A stretch of 64,000 nucleotides of DNA from a virus. Taxonomy: Duplodnaviria > Heunggongvirae > Uroviricota > Caudoviricetes. The stretch spans positions 1 through 64,000 of IMG/VR virus record IMGVR_UViG_3300033074_000580. One strand, written 5' to 3'. The translations under genes and the position numbers were made by a program. This document shows positions 20,988 to 31,101 of this stretch, in pieces. Numbering within the stretch: the first letter of the stretch is position 1; each line of letters starts with the position of its first letter. Under the pieces are notes generated by a model, which did no database searches, was not told the DNA's origin, and worked only from the letters and a program-made list of their open reading frames with translations.

Positions 20988-22820
20988 TTAGTATGTAGTC
21001 GTTCCTAAAGATTTAGTTCTAACTCTAATATCGGTATTTGGGAATCTAATTTGAAATATTTGATTAGATGTCATGAATATCGACATATCTATTTGTTGGA
21101 TTTCTTTAGTTATACTATCAGCATAAGATTGTGAAACCTCTGAAGATGAGTAATTACCACCTATTTTGTTGTAAACTCTTATATCCACTACGTTCACAAC
21201 ACCTTGTAAAACACCAATTTGTCTAATTAAATCACCGACAAATAATGGGTCACCCATTTTTCTTTTAGATATATCAAAAAATTCAGTAGCACTTGCAATT
21301 GCAGATTTAACAATATCTGTCGGATTCTCATTTTTATCAATTATTAAATCGATATCTAATCCTAAATCAATAACTTGTCCACTTGCAATATCAATATAAT
21401 CATTTATCATTCTATATTCTGACAAATAATTTATAATATTATTTTTTAATGTATTTGAAACTACATCGGTAAGTTTACCATTATCATCGTAAGATAATAA
21501 TTTTATTTTTACCTTATTATCTTCTTCTTGTACATTCACTTTTGCGGGTGCACCAAATGTAGATGGCATTGTTTCAATTAAAGATTTGTAATCATTTAAA
21601 GTTACCGCTCTATTTTGTGCCGCAAAATTATATGCAACCATGTTTCTAATTTCATCTATGGTTGGTTGGTCCGCACCTCCTACAGCTGCAGTTACATTTA
21701 CCACTCTTAATGATTGTTCAACTTGTGCGTTAATACCCGCCACAGGTCCGTTTATATCAAATTCGACATTATCTATACTTGTTATAACGTTAACCCCTAA
21801 ATTGGTATCTTTTCCACCTCCTACACGGTATTTCACAAATAATGTTGTATTTGATTTAGGTATTGCACCTAATGACATGTTATTAAGATAACTTGCTAAG
21901 TTAACTTTTAAATTACCAGTCATGTAGTTATCTAAATTTTCTAATGGGTCAACACTACCCGAACCAAACGTTAATGAAAAATAACTTTCAGGTGTATATT
22001 CTGTGATAAATTTGTTATTTACATTCATGTACGTACCCGCCTTAAAATTATCTTTATCGGATACTGCAGTTGGGTCTGGTATGAATATTTTATCTTGTAT
22101 TAGTGATTTAACTTCGTACCATTTATTTGTGGATGAGGCAAATTCACCTGATGTTGGATTTGTTCCGTAACCCGTTCCTTCTTTGTGTATCACACTTGTT
22201 ACCCCTAAAACATTTTGTTCAGGTAAATATAATTTTAAGAATGGTTTTTGGTCAACTTCTGTAATAACTCTTCTGTAAATTCTCGTTACACCATTAACAA
22301 CAGGTTCTCTTTTTGTAATTGTATAAGAAACTAATGTGTTGTTGTTATCAAAATTAGGTATTTTTAATCTATTTGGTTCACCTTTATCATTAAATGGACT
22401 TGAGAAATCTATATCATTTATAGTTTCAAATATTTGACCTCCTCCTGAAACCTGTGCACCAATTCTGATAATACCCAAATATCTTTCATCTTCCTTATCA
22501 CCTCTTACAGGTACATTTATTGAAAAATCACATAATGCAACTGACGGTCTTGTGCCAGGAATTTTAATACCATATGTTTTAGCAATGTGGAATAATGATT
22601 GTCTTTGTTGTGCAAAGTCTAACATAGTTTCTTGCCAAACTCTATCAATATGAAAATGTAAGTTATCAGCAACCGCAGCATTTAAATCTAATAATACTGA
22701 AAATATAGACGCATCATTGGTGTTTTTTACCAAATCAGGGTAATATTCTTTTGTTAAGTTTACTAATTCTTGTCTTAGTCCTGCAAAATCTCTTGTTGCG
22801 TATGATATTTTCTTACTCAT
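20988..22820 (-). CDS. Baseplate wedge subunit (T4 gp6 / P2 gpJ-like)
   Basis: YATRDFAGLRQEL, AAVGGAD, AQNRAVTLNDY baseplate-J signature. Confidence 0.9.
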   Translation of the reverse strand: MSKKISYATRDFAGLRQELVNLTKEYYPDLVKNTNDASIFSVLLDLNAAVADNLHFHIDRVWQETMLDFAQQRQSLFHIAKTYGIKIPGTRPSVALCDFSINVPVRGDKEDERYLGIIRIGAQVSGGGQIFETINDIDFSSPFNDKGEPNRLKIPNFDNNNTLVSYTITKREPVVNGVTRIYRRVITEVDQKPFLKLYLPEQNVLGVTSVIHKEGTGYGTNPTSGEFASSTNKWYEVKSLIQDKIFIPDPTAVSDKDNFKAGTYMNVNNKFITEYTPESYFSLTFGSGSVDPLENLDNYMTGNLKVNLASYLNNMSLGAIPKSNTTLFVKYRVGGGKDTNLGVNVITSIDNVEFDINGPVAGINAQVEQSLRVVNVTAAVGGADQPTIDEIRNMVAYNFAAQNRAVTLNDYKSLIETMPSTFGAPAKVNVQEEDNKVKIKLLSYDDNGKLTDVVSNTLKNNIINYLSEYRMINDYIDIASGQVIDLGLDIDLIIDKNENPTDIVKSAIASATEFFDISKRKMGDPLFVGDLIRQIGVLQGVVNVVDIRVYNKIGGNYSSSEVSQSYADSITKEIQQIDMSIFMTSNQIFQIRFPNTDIRVRTKSLGTTTY

Positions 22821-22821
22821 C

Positions 22822-23274
22822 TTAAATGTTTAATATTATAAAGTCCGAAGATGAAAATGCTCCGTTATTAACCGTATATTCTATTTTAACTACAGCGGTA
22901 TGTGGTTTAGTTGAATTGTCAGAAACTCTAAATAATCTTTCATCTTCATCTTGATTAAATGTTCTAACAGTATCTGGGTCATCTTCTGCAGACATCACTT
23001 CCAATTTAGTAATATCTAAATTTGGTATATATTTTTTTACCGATTCCCTAATTTCTTCCTCGATTAAATTGAAGGTTACCATATCATTTTGGTCAAAAAT
23101 AAATTGATATAGTCTAGTACCAAAATCGGGTAGAAAATAACGACTACCTCTTTTTGTCAATAAAAGGTGTATTAAATTGGCTCTAACCTCTCTTTCAGGG
23201 TCTACAGTCATTTTTAAATAATCACCTCCTAAACTCTCTCTAAATGGGAAATCTATTCCATATTTTACCGCCAT
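22822..23274 (-). CDS. Baseplate wedge subunit gp25-like (sheath initiator)
   Basis: GIDFPF...NLIHLLLTKRGSRYFLPDFGTRL GPW/gp25 signature. Confidence 0.9.
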   Translation of the reverse strand: MAVKYGIDFPFRESLGGDYLKMTVDPEREVRANLIHLLLTKRGSRYFLPDFGTRLYQFIFDQNDMVTFNLIEEEIRESVKKYIPNLDITKLEVMSAEDDPDTVRTFNQDEDERLFRVSDNSTKPHTAVVKIEYTVNNGAFSSSDFIILNI

Positions 23275-23311
23275 AACAATAAATATAAACTATTATGAAA
23301 TGGTAATAAAT

Positions 23312-23336
23312 AAAAAATCCAGCCGAAGCTGGATTT
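23312..23336 (-). terminator. Intrinsic terminator downstream of nrdA and the candidate RNA
   Basis: Minus strand AAATCCAGC-TTCG-GCTGGATTT followed by a T run. Confidence 0.85.
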
Positions 23337-23344
23337 AATATAGT

Positions 23345-23440
23345 GTCTTGATATTCACCCCCTGTATTCTCAAAACCTGGAAGCTCAAGGTACGCCTTGA
23401 CGACAGTAGTACTTTGAGGGAGTCTCCCATTATCTTTAAG
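23345..23440 (-). ncRNA. Candidate structured non-coding RNA (rod with central bubble)
   Basis: GC-rich intergenic segment; nested pairings GATA/TATC, CTCAAAG/TTTTGAG, CTG/CAG and apical TCAAGG-CGTA-CCTTGA; immediately followed by a terminator. Confidence 0.45.
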
Positions 23441-25214
23441 CCTCACAACTTACGCAATCAGGATTCATTGCTTGTGCTGCTATATCACCTCTTAATACCG
23501 ATTCAGTTCTCATATAGTAAAGTGTTTTAACCCCTTGTTTCCAAGCCTCTAAGTGAACTTGGTTTATCCATTTAGGGTCTGCAGTTGCAGGAAATGCTAA
23601 GTTTAATGAAACCGCTTGGTCGATATATTGTTGTCTAACTCCCGCTTGTTTAACTAAATCTAATTGATTTATTTCTTTGAAAGTTTTAAACACTTCTTTT
23701 ACTGATGACATTTTATAATTGTCCTCTTCTTTTACTTCATTACATAAAACCACTTTACCGTCAACAAAACACCATTCATCTAAGAAATCTAATCCTTGTA
23801 CTGAACCACCATCAGCTAAAATTTGGTCCCAAACTTCTTTTGTATTTTTACCCAATTTACGTAGTACTCTCTCCAATTCTGGATTTTTACGAATAAACGT
23901 TCCCTTTGATGTTTGTTCCGTGAATACGTTTGCAGCCCATGGTTCAATACCACTACTAACATTTCCACTCAATTTAGAGTTGGATACAGTTGGAGCAACC
24001 GCTCTTAAGTGTGTATTTCTCATTCCACTTTCTTTACACCATAATGGTTCACCTAATTCTTTTGCCAAATCTCTACTTGCTCTTTCACTCTCAATTTTAA
24101 TTTGAGAGAAGATTTTACGAGTTTCAAATTGTGCGGTTAATCCTTCAAATGGTACACCTTTTTGTTGTAAGTATGTGTGCCATCCCAATACACCTAAACC
24201 TAATGCTCTACCTTTTTCTGCTGAACGTACAGCATTATCAAAACCTCTTAAGTTTTTAGCTTTTTGGATAAATTCTTCTAACACCCCATCTAAAAAGATT
24301 GTTGATGTATAAACTAAATCCGTATCTTTCCATTCATCATATTTTGCTAAATTTAAAGAAGATAAACAACATACAAATGAATGTGATTCGTCCGTGTGTA
24401 AAACAATTTCAGAACAAATATTTGTCATGTGAACTTTCAAACCATTCTTTTTGTACATTTCAGGGTTTTGTTTATTAACATTACCTTTGTACATAATGTA
24501 TGGTTCACCAGTTGCTTTACGTTTCTGAAGTAACTTACCCCATTTACGTCTTGCTTCAGTATCACCTTCTTCTAATTTCTTCATAAACTTATCACTCACA
24601 ACAACACATTGGTGTAAATTTAATGATTGTCTATTTACATCACCTTTTGGTTCTCTAATTTCTAAGAAATCTTCAAAATCTTTGTGGTCAATCTTAATGT
24701 TAACAGATGCAGCACCTCTACGAACTGAACCTTGATTTGTTGCCAAAATCGTTGAGTCATAAATCTTAATAAATGGAATAACACCATCTGATGTTCCGTT
24801 ATTTGTAATTTTAGCACCTGCAGGTCTAATCATGTTAATACCAATACCAACACCACCTCCGTGTTTAGCAAGTAACATTAACTCTAAATTCTTATTGCCA
24901 ATTTCAAAAATACTATCACCAACATCAATACCAAAACAACTAATTGGTAAACCTCTATCGGTTCCTGTATTTGATAAAACCGGTGTAGCTAAACATAACC
25001 AACCTTTCCAAATGTAATCAAAAAATTTAGTTGCTAAATGTGGTTTACCTAATCTTTTTGCAACAGTTGTTGCAACTCTCCAATACGCATCTTTTGGTTT
25101 TTCGCCAGGTAATAAATAACCTTTTGAAATTGTTTTAACATAAATTTCTGTGTTTCCCCAATTTGGAAAATCCACATCAAGCTCCCAACCGAGTTCTTCT
25201 CCGTAATTTTTCAT
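23436..25214 (-). CDS. nrdA: Class I ribonucleotide reductase alpha subunit (short, no ATP cone)
   Basis: ATPVLSN, PISCF, GGGVG, TNICSEI (catalytic NxCxE), APTVSNS, KTLYY and C-terminal CVSCEA. Confidence 0.95.
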   Translation of the reverse strand: MKNYGEELGWELDVDFPNWGNTEIYVKTISKGYLLPGEKPKDAYWRVATTVAKRLGKPHLATKFFDYIWKGWLCLATPVLSNTGTDRGLPISCFGIDVGDSIFEIGNKNLELMLLAKHGGGVGIGINMIRPAGAKITNNGTSDGVIPFIKIYDSTILATNQGSVRRGAASVNIKIDHKDFEDFLEIREPKGDVNRQSLNLHQCVVVSDKFMKKLEEGDTEARRKWGKLLQKRKATGEPYIMYKGNVNKQNPEMYKKNGLKVHMTNICSEIVLHTDESHSFVCCLSSLNLAKYDEWKDTDLVYTSTIFLDGVLEEFIQKAKNLRGFDNAVRSAEKGRALGLGVLGWHTYLQQKGVPFEGLTAQFETRKIFSQIKIESERASRDLAKELGEPLWCKESGMRNTHLRAVAPTVSNSKLSGNVSSGIEPWAANVFTEQTSKGTFIRKNPELERVLRKLGKNTKEVWDQILADGGSVQGLDFLDEWCFVDGKVVLCNEVKEEDNYKMSSVKEVFKTFKEINQLDLVKQAGVRQQYIDQAVSLNLAFPATADPKWINQVHLEAWKQGVKTLYYMRTESVLRGDIAAQAMNPDCVSCEA

Positions 25215-25236
25215 ATATAATAAATCTGTTTTTTAT

Positions 25237-26232
25237 TTAAAAAATGTCATCCCAATTCTCACCTTCACCTGACTTTGAATAATCTGTAGGTCTTAAAGCA
25301 AAGAAATCAGTATGGGTTACGCCTCCAGTTAAATGATAGAACCAATCTAACTGAGATGCTTTCTTTTCATTATACTCATAAAATTCAGTATAACCTAATT
25401 CAGCTAATTTTTCATTAACCCTTTTTGTTATAAAATGTTTTAGGTCATCTTTTTTAAGATTCTCTAAATCACCCATTTCAAAAATCTTATCAATAAATTT
25501 GTGTTCTAATTCCATAATTATTTTTGATGCGGTATAGATATCATCCTTAGCCTCATCCAATAATTCTGGAAATTCTTGACACATATGTCTAAATAATTGT
25601 ACTCCCATTTTAGAATGTAAAGATTCATCTCTAACACTCCACTTCATTTGTTGTCCAATACCTTTTAATAGGTTTCTCATTTGGAATGAGTAAAGAACCG
25701 CAAATGAAGAATATAAAGCAACCCCTTCAGCAAATGCTGAAAATATTGCTAAACTCTTGCCAACTTCAACCCTTGCTTTATGATTTGTATCTAAATCTTT
25801 AGGTGTCCAATCAGCGGTTGTATTAGTCAATAATTCAAATCTTTCTTTCATTGTTTCGTCATGTAAGAAACCTTCGAAATCATCTAACCCTAATGTTTCA
25901 TTTAAATAAGAATATGCAATTGAGTGTATAGTTTCTTGTGAACCAAACGCCATAGCCATTTGTCTGATTTCATGTTTTGGAAACCATTTAGTAACCATAC
26001 CCGTCCAATAATCGGAAACCGCACATTCCGTTTGAGCAAAACCTAATAGAATGTTACCAACTAAATGTTTTTCCGATTCATTTAAATTTTCATTCCAATC
26101 TTTAACATCACCCTGCATCGGAATTTCGGTGTGTAACCAAAACGCCTGCATTTGTTTTAACCACCCCTCATTATAATAATCGGGATATTCAAATGGTTTA
26201 AATGGTATTCTTTCCGTAAATAATTTACTCAT
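25237..26232 (-). CDS. nrdB: Class I ribonucleotide reductase beta subunit
   Basis: KPFEYP, FW..E, ETIHSIAY, EGVALYSSF, RDESLH, C-terminal DFF...TDY. Confidence 0.95.
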   Translation of the reverse strand: MSKLFTERIPFKPFEYPDYYNEGWLKQMQAFWLHTEIPMQGDVKDWNENLNESEKHLVGNILLGFAQTECAVSDYWTGMVTKWFPKHEIRQMAMAFGSQETIHSIAYSYLNETLGLDDFEGFLHDETMKERFELLTNTTADWTPKDLDTNHKARVEVGKSLAIFSAFAEGVALYSSFAVLYSFQMRNLLKGIGQQMKWSVRDESLHSKMGVQLFRHMCQEFPELLDEAKDDIYTASKIIMELEHKFIDKIFEMGDLENLKKDDLKHFITKRVNEKLAELGYTEFYEYNEKKASQLDWFYHLTGGVTHTDFFALRPTDYSKSGEGENWDDIF

Positions 26233-26251
26233 CTTTATTTCTTTCTTTCTT

Positions 26252-27625
26252 TTATTTATTTTGTAATTCTTGTCTCTTTAAAAACGCCTCTCTTGCTCTA
26301 TTTGCGTTATTAGCGGTCTTATCTTGTTCATGTCCAAGTAATGTATTTTGCATTTCGGTATCGATAACCAAAAATTCATTATTGAACTTACAGTTTTGGA
26401 ATACAACACCATCTTTACCAATACGAGATTTAAGTAATGTTAATGTTGCCAAATTATGTTCTTTTTGTTCTAATGTTTTACCAATAGAAAGAATAACGTG
26501 TGCAATTTGTGCCTTCTTAATTGAACCCCCCATTTGGTCACCTGTTACAACTTCAGATGAAATTGATTCACGATTACCCTGTGTTGCGGTCCAAATTGCC
26601 ATGTTGAATTCTGTGGTCATAGATTCTAAACTTCTCATAATAGAACCCTCACCTTTCCATTCTTCTCCGTTAGTACTTCTTTCGGGTGAAATACAATCAA
26701 CGTAGTCAATAATCAACAAGTCAATTTTATTCCCTTCCGAATTCATTTTTCTAATCTTAGATTTAATTTCAGAAATAGTGATGTTATCACTCGCCAATTT
26801 TAAAAGTTTAATACTACCTTTTGAACGACTTTGAGCTTCATCAACTTTTTCTTTAACGATATCTTTAAATTCAGGTTGTTCGTCAGGTGCAATTTCAGAC
26901 CAAATTGTATAATGTTTACGTTTAATATTACCCGGATTATCCTCAAAAAATATTTGAAGTACGTTATAATCTAAGTTGAACGCTGTGTTTGCAAATTTAG
27001 TCAGTAAAGTTGTTTTACCAGTACCGGTTGGAGCCAATACGACTCCTAATTCACCGATACCTAAACCACCTTTTAATAGATTATCTATACCAACAATACC
27101 TGTTGGGATTGGGTGTCTAAAATCTTTTTCTAATGCTCCATCAATATCATGAAATACATCAGTCGCATCATCACCGACAACTCCAACTTGAAGTGCTTTT
27201 TGAATGATTTGTTCAATCTTACTATAGGATTCAAAATCACCGTTTTGAATAATACCTTCAACAAGTTTTAATTCTTTTTTAAGATTTTGTTGTCTACAGA
27301 AATTAAGTGCCGTTGTTTTAGGATATTCAATATCTTGACTATTTTCTTTAATTGCCTCTAACGTATCGATGTGTACTCTAGAAGAGTCTTTACCAACATT
27401 TTCCGCCATTATTTTCTGTGCAACTGTATTGTAATCGGGAATTTTATTGTATGTCTTATATAATTCCTTAAGATTTTCCATAATATATCTAAAAGAATTA
27501 TTATCAAAAAACTTACTTTCTATTACATCAATAATTGTCTCTCCGTACTTTTTATCTTCTATGATTGCCTTTAATAATGACTGCTGAAATGAAAATCCTA
27601 AATGTCCAAAATTTCTCTCTTCCAT
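26252..27625 (-). CDS. Replicative DnaB/gp41-like helicase
   Basis: Walker A APTGTGKTT, LLIIDYVD, WTATQGNR, LLKSRIG. Confidence 0.9.
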   Translation of the reverse strand: MEERNFGHLGFSFQQSLLKAIIEDKKYGETIIDVIESKFFDNNSFRYIMENLKELYKTYNKIPDYNTVAQKIMAENVGKDSSRVHIDTLEAIKENSQDIEYPKTTALNFCRQQNLKKELKLVEGIIQNGDFESYSKIEQIIQKALQVGVVGDDATDVFHDIDGALEKDFRHPIPTGIVGIDNLLKGGLGIGELGVVLAPTGTGKTTLLTKFANTAFNLDYNVLQIFFEDNPGNIKRKHYTIWSEIAPDEQPEFKDIVKEKVDEAQSRSKGSIKLLKLASDNITISEIKSKIRKMNSEGNKIDLLIIDYVDCISPERSTNGEEWKGEGSIMRSLESMTTEFNMAIWTATQGNRESISSEVVTGDQMGGSIKKAQIAHVILSIGKTLEQKEHNLATLTLLKSRIGKDGVVFQNCKFNNEFLVIDTEMQNTLLGHEQDKTANNANRAREAFLKRQELQNK

Positions 27626-27652
27626 GTTAAATGTTGTATATATGTTTTAAAA

Positions 27653-28102
27653 TTATAATTGATAGTTCAAGTACGTTGTTTCCAATTCTTCTGAAGACAA
27701 GATGTCAGTTAAATCTGACAAAATTCTTTTAAGTCTTGGACGAATATCTACCGTATATCTTACTTTTGGGTGATAATAATATGCGGGGAATATCCTTTGA
27801 ATAAATACACTTTCGTTTAGCTTTATTTCCAATAAAAAGTGCTCTCTGTCCTTCTCATTTGAATCTTCCACATAGTCCGAAGATAGGAAAAAATTTGCAT
27901 TTTCACACAGATAATTGGAACTTTTTATTTTCAAATCTTCAGCGATATCGTCACAAATATTTTTTACATAATAATGTAAATCCATTGAACGTCTTGCTTG
28001 GTCAACGTGGTCTTTCACGTTAAAAAATCTTTGACAGATGATATTTCCATCTAATGTCAATAAAAATTCGAATTTTGTGATGTCTTGTTGTTGATTAGTC
28101 AT
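27653..28102 (-). CDS. Hypothetical protein in the replication operon
   Basis: 149 aa ORF overlapping the exonuclease stop. Confidence 0.65.
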   Translation of the reverse strand: MTNQQQDITKFEFLLTLDGNIICQRFFNVKDHVDQARRSMDLHYYVKNICDDIAEDLKIKSSNYLCENANFFLSSDYVEDSNEKDREHFLLEIKLNESVFIQRIFPAYYYHPKVRYTVDIRPRLKRILSDLTDILSSEELETTYLNYQL

Positions 28103-29114
28103 AATTTTTAATTTTAATCATTTTTTTATTTTTCTCTTTTGTTGTTAATCGAAGGAATGGGTTTAGAAATTTAACGAACCCGTCATCTGATTTTGGTAAT
28201 AGGTTGAATATCCCATCATCCCTCATCATTCTCATCGCGTTTTTATATGACCTACCTTCTTGGTCTAAATTTTCGTTTATTAGTAAATTTATATTTTCTT
28301 TTGCTTCGTCAGTTAAAAAAGGTTCATCTAAACTTACAATACGATTGTTCACATCAAAAAACTCCTCACCTAATACACCATATTTTGTAACTCCTGTTAA
28401 TAAATTCGCAACAAGTTTATTATGTTTATCTTGTTGAAAGATTTCTTCACATTTGTTCTTAATTTGTTCAACAGAAAGTTGTTCTGTTTTTAGTTCAGGG
28501 AAAAGAGACAAAAATCTCTTAACACCCATTCCTCTTATACCTGCAATGTTGTCTGATGAATCTCCACACATCATCTTAACTAACTTAACGTTTTCAATTA
28601 AGATTTCTTCGTGGTTGTAAACAATAATATCACTTTGTTTATATAATTTTCCGTGTGACGGATTGTAAATTTGTGTATTTTCTGAAACTAATTGGGTTAA
28701 ATCTCCATCTGAAGAATAAACGATTTTATTTTCTTTTGGTGAGTTCTGAGTATAGTAAGCGATGTTATCATCAGTCTCACAATACTCATACTCTCCTTGT
28801 CTTACAAACAACTCCTCAAGATATTGTTTAATTCTATCTCTTTGGTAAGTGTAAGAACTTATTTCTTCTTCAGAACGAAGACGTGATTTTCTGTTTTCTT
28901 TGTATGGTGCATAAATTTTCTTACGAGTTTGGGACCCTTCAAATCCATCCCAAAATACAACTATCTTGTCTAAATTGTATGTCTCAAATGTTCTTCTAAG
29001 AGTATTAAGAAAATGATAAATTCCCCCAATGTGTTCTCCCTTATGAAAGGCGTTTTTAACACCATAGAAACCAATCGTAAGTAAATTGTCACCATCTACT
29101 AATAAAACAGACAT
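28095..29114 (-). CDS. 5'-3' exonuclease / flap endonuclease (T4 RNase H / PolI N-terminal-like)
   Basis: LLVDGDNL, VFWDG, YKENR, ETDDNIA, SSDGDLTQL, GDSSDNIAGIRGMG (H3TH). Confidence 0.92.
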   Translation of the reverse strand: MSVLLVDGDNLLTIGFYGVKNAFHKGEHIGGIYHFLNTLRRTFETYNLDKIVVFWDGFEGSQTRKKIYAPYKENRKSRLRSEEEISSYTYQRDRIKQYLEELFVRQGEYEYCETDDNIAYYTQNSPKENKIVYSSDGDLTQLVSENTQIYNPSHGKLYKQSDIIVYNHEEILIENVKLVKMMCGDSSDNIAGIRGMGVKRFLSLFPELKTEQLSVEQIKNKCEEIFQQDKHNKLVANLLTGVTKYGVLGEEFFDVNNRIVSLDEPFLTDEAKENINLLINENLDQEGRSYKNAMRMMRDDGIFNLLPKSDDGFVKFLNPFLRLTTKEKNKKMIKIKNYD

Positions 29115-29125
29115 TAAAAAAATTA

Positions 29126-30106
29126 TTATAAATCACTATCCTCTGTTACAACTTGTGTATCTGCGATGTCTGTAACATTAACACCTAATTGTTTACCGAT
29201 GTACTCTCCGTTATCACGTTTGTACTCTTCGATAGAACGTTTTTCTTCAGTATCGTCTTTACCATGCATAAATCCTTGTGGAGTTACCAAGATACGACCA
29301 TCCTCATATCCACCACCGTTGATGTGGTTCTTACTGATTGAGATTTTAGTACGTGTTGCGATTCTGATTTTTCTCTTATCTTTAGTGATAGAGATTTTAG
29401 TAGTTCCTGCACCTTTTTGGTTACCAAATAAAAATACTAATGATGAGTTTAACCAAATCGCTTCACCACCTTTAGCTTTGATTTTTGGTTGTCCAAAAGG
29501 ATTGTCAGGTAATTCTACCCATGGTTGGTTAACAATAACCAAACTGTTTGTGTAAGGTTTGTCAGTTCTTCTTGAACCTGAAATACGTTGGTTGATACCC
29601 ATTCCAATTTTGTCAGCCAAAACTGATGCGTTGTGTTGTTTACCACCTTTACCATCATAAGTCATTTTACAAGGAACCGAACCAACTGAATCCCAAAGGA
29701 ATAATAAATCGTAAGGGATGTCTCCTTTCTCTTGTGCATCCATCAATTCATTGATGTAATCTGTGATTTGTTCAATGTATTCGAAATCACTATTGAAAAG
29801 ATATTCTCCGTCTTTATCAAATCCCATTAACTCAGCGTGTTCCCAACTCCATTTTTGTTCAGTAATAATGAACACGGGAAGGATTCCCTTTTTTTGTGCA
29901 TCTACCGCCGTTTTTACTAATGCCGTGGTTTTACCCGTATCACTATGTCCTAATAACATATTGATATGTCCCATTGCAGGACCCGGAATACCCGTGGCTT
30001 CCAAGAAAGCGTCTCCCAAATCAAAGAAACGGTCGGCTTTGTATTCCGCCTCTTTAGAGAATTTCTTCTTGATTGCTGAGAAATCTGTTTTTTTAATACC
30101 TGCCAT
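29126..30106 (-). CDS. RecA/UvsX-like recombinase
   Basis: Walker A GHSDTGKTT, TEQK, LWDSVGS, VIVNQ, KGGEAI. Confidence 0.88.
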   Translation of the reverse strand: MAGIKKTDFSAIKKKFSKEAEYKADRFFDLGDAFLEATGIPGPAMGHINMLLGHSDTGKTTALVKTAVDAQKKGILPVFIITEQKWSWEHAELMGFDKDGEYLFNSDFEYIEQITDYINELMDAQEKGDIPYDLLFLWDSVGSVPCKMTYDGKGGKQHNASVLADKIGMGINQRISGSRRTDKPYTNSLVIVNQPWVELPDNPFGQPKIKAKGGEAIWLNSSLVFLFGNQKGAGTTKISITKDKRKIRIATRTKISISKNHINGGGYEDGRILVTPQGFMHGKDDTEEKRSIEEYKRDNGEYIGKQLGVNVTDIADTQVVTEDSDL

Positions 30107-30123
30107 ATAATTGTTTTAAAAAT

Positions 30124-30145
30124 GGGGTGGATATTTCACCACCCC
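30124..30145 (-). terminator. Hairpin/terminator between the SSB and recombinase genes
   Basis: GGGGTGG-TGAAATAT-CCACCCC followed by ATTTTT on the minus strand. Confidence 0.65.
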
Positions 30146-30152
30146 GTGTAAA

Positions 30153-31001
30153 TTAGAATGGTAAATCAGAATCTGTATCATCATCTTCTTGTGGGTCTAC
30201 CACAGGAGTTGATGTTTTTGGTTGATTACCACCGATTGTTTCTTCTGCTTGTAGGTTAGAAACCCATTTGTTACTATTTGAATCCCAACGAGGAACTTCA
30301 CCTTTAGCAACCATTTCTAAGTAGTCTTCACCTTTCTTAGAATAAACATCAGACCAAGTCAATTCATCATCAATCCATGTTTTTGCGATGTTTGCATCTG
30401 TGTGTAAAACACCCGCATCTTCAGGAATAACAGAATTGATTGTTGTGTATTCTTTACCATTTCCTGACTTAGCCAATGTCAATGATAAAATCAAATCACG
30501 TCCTTTTTCAGGGTCAGTAATATCACCTTTATTACGGAAAATTGGGAACACTTTGTCTAAGATACCATCACCTTTTGCATTGTGTTTAAATCTCCAAAAT
30601 TTAGGACCATCTTGTTCGTGGTCACGGTCAATTACCTTAACGATATAAAATTTACGAGAACGATATTGACGAGCCAATTCTTTGTCAGAATCAACACCTG
30701 TCATCATTAAACCCTCGTATACTTCATGAAGAGGAGAACGTTTTCCCTCTTGTTTCGGGTCATACAATTTAACCCATTTACCATCCACTTGAACTTCGTG
30801 GAAGTACACCTCAACAAATGGTGAAGAACCATCTTTTGTAGGTAAAATACGGATACGTCTTTCTTCACCTTTAGAACCCTTAGGTAATACGGTTGTGAAA
30901 TAACGTTTCATTCTGTCCTCTGAGGACATTTTGTTTGCGTTGCCACTTGTGGCTTGTTTGTTTTTTTCGTACTGTGCAAGTACTGCATCAAATGTAGACA
31001 T
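30153..31001 (-). CDS. Single-stranded DNA-binding protein (gp32-like)
   Basis: IRILP...PFVEVYFH, VIDRD, DITDPEKGRDL, acidic tail ending DDDTDSDLPF. Confidence 0.85.
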   Translation of the reverse strand: MSTFDAVLAQYEKNKQATSGNANKMSSEDRMKRYFTTVLPKGSKGEERRIRILPTKDGSSPFVEVYFHEVQVDGKWVKLYDPKQEGKRSPLHEVYEGLMMTGVDSDKELARQYRSRKFYIVKVIDRDHEQDGPKFWRFKHNAKGDGILDKVFPIFRNKGDITDPEKGRDLILSLTLAKSGNGKEYTTINSVIPEDAGVLHTDANIAKTWIDDELTWSDVYSKKGEDYLEMVAKGEVPRWDSNSNKWVSNLQAEETIGGNQPKTSTPVVDPQEDDDTDSDLPF

Positions 31002-31046
31002 GTTGTTAAAATTTAATTAAAGATACATTTATACTAAAATATAGAT

Positions 31047-31075
31047 AAAAAAACCCGAATTTGGAAATCCGGGTT
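31047..31075 (-). terminator. Intrinsic terminator ending the upstream structural operon
   Basis: AACCCGGATTT-CC-AAATTCGGGTT followed by a T run on the minus strand. Confidence 0.75.
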
Positions 31076-31101
31076 AAAGTTTTTTAATATTTTTTTATTT
31101 G

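Noticed and set aside
23240-23530. Short ORFs 23240-23446 (-) and 23348-23530 (+)
   Set aside because: They cross a strong terminator and overlap nrdA or gp25; the segment is better explained as structured RNA.
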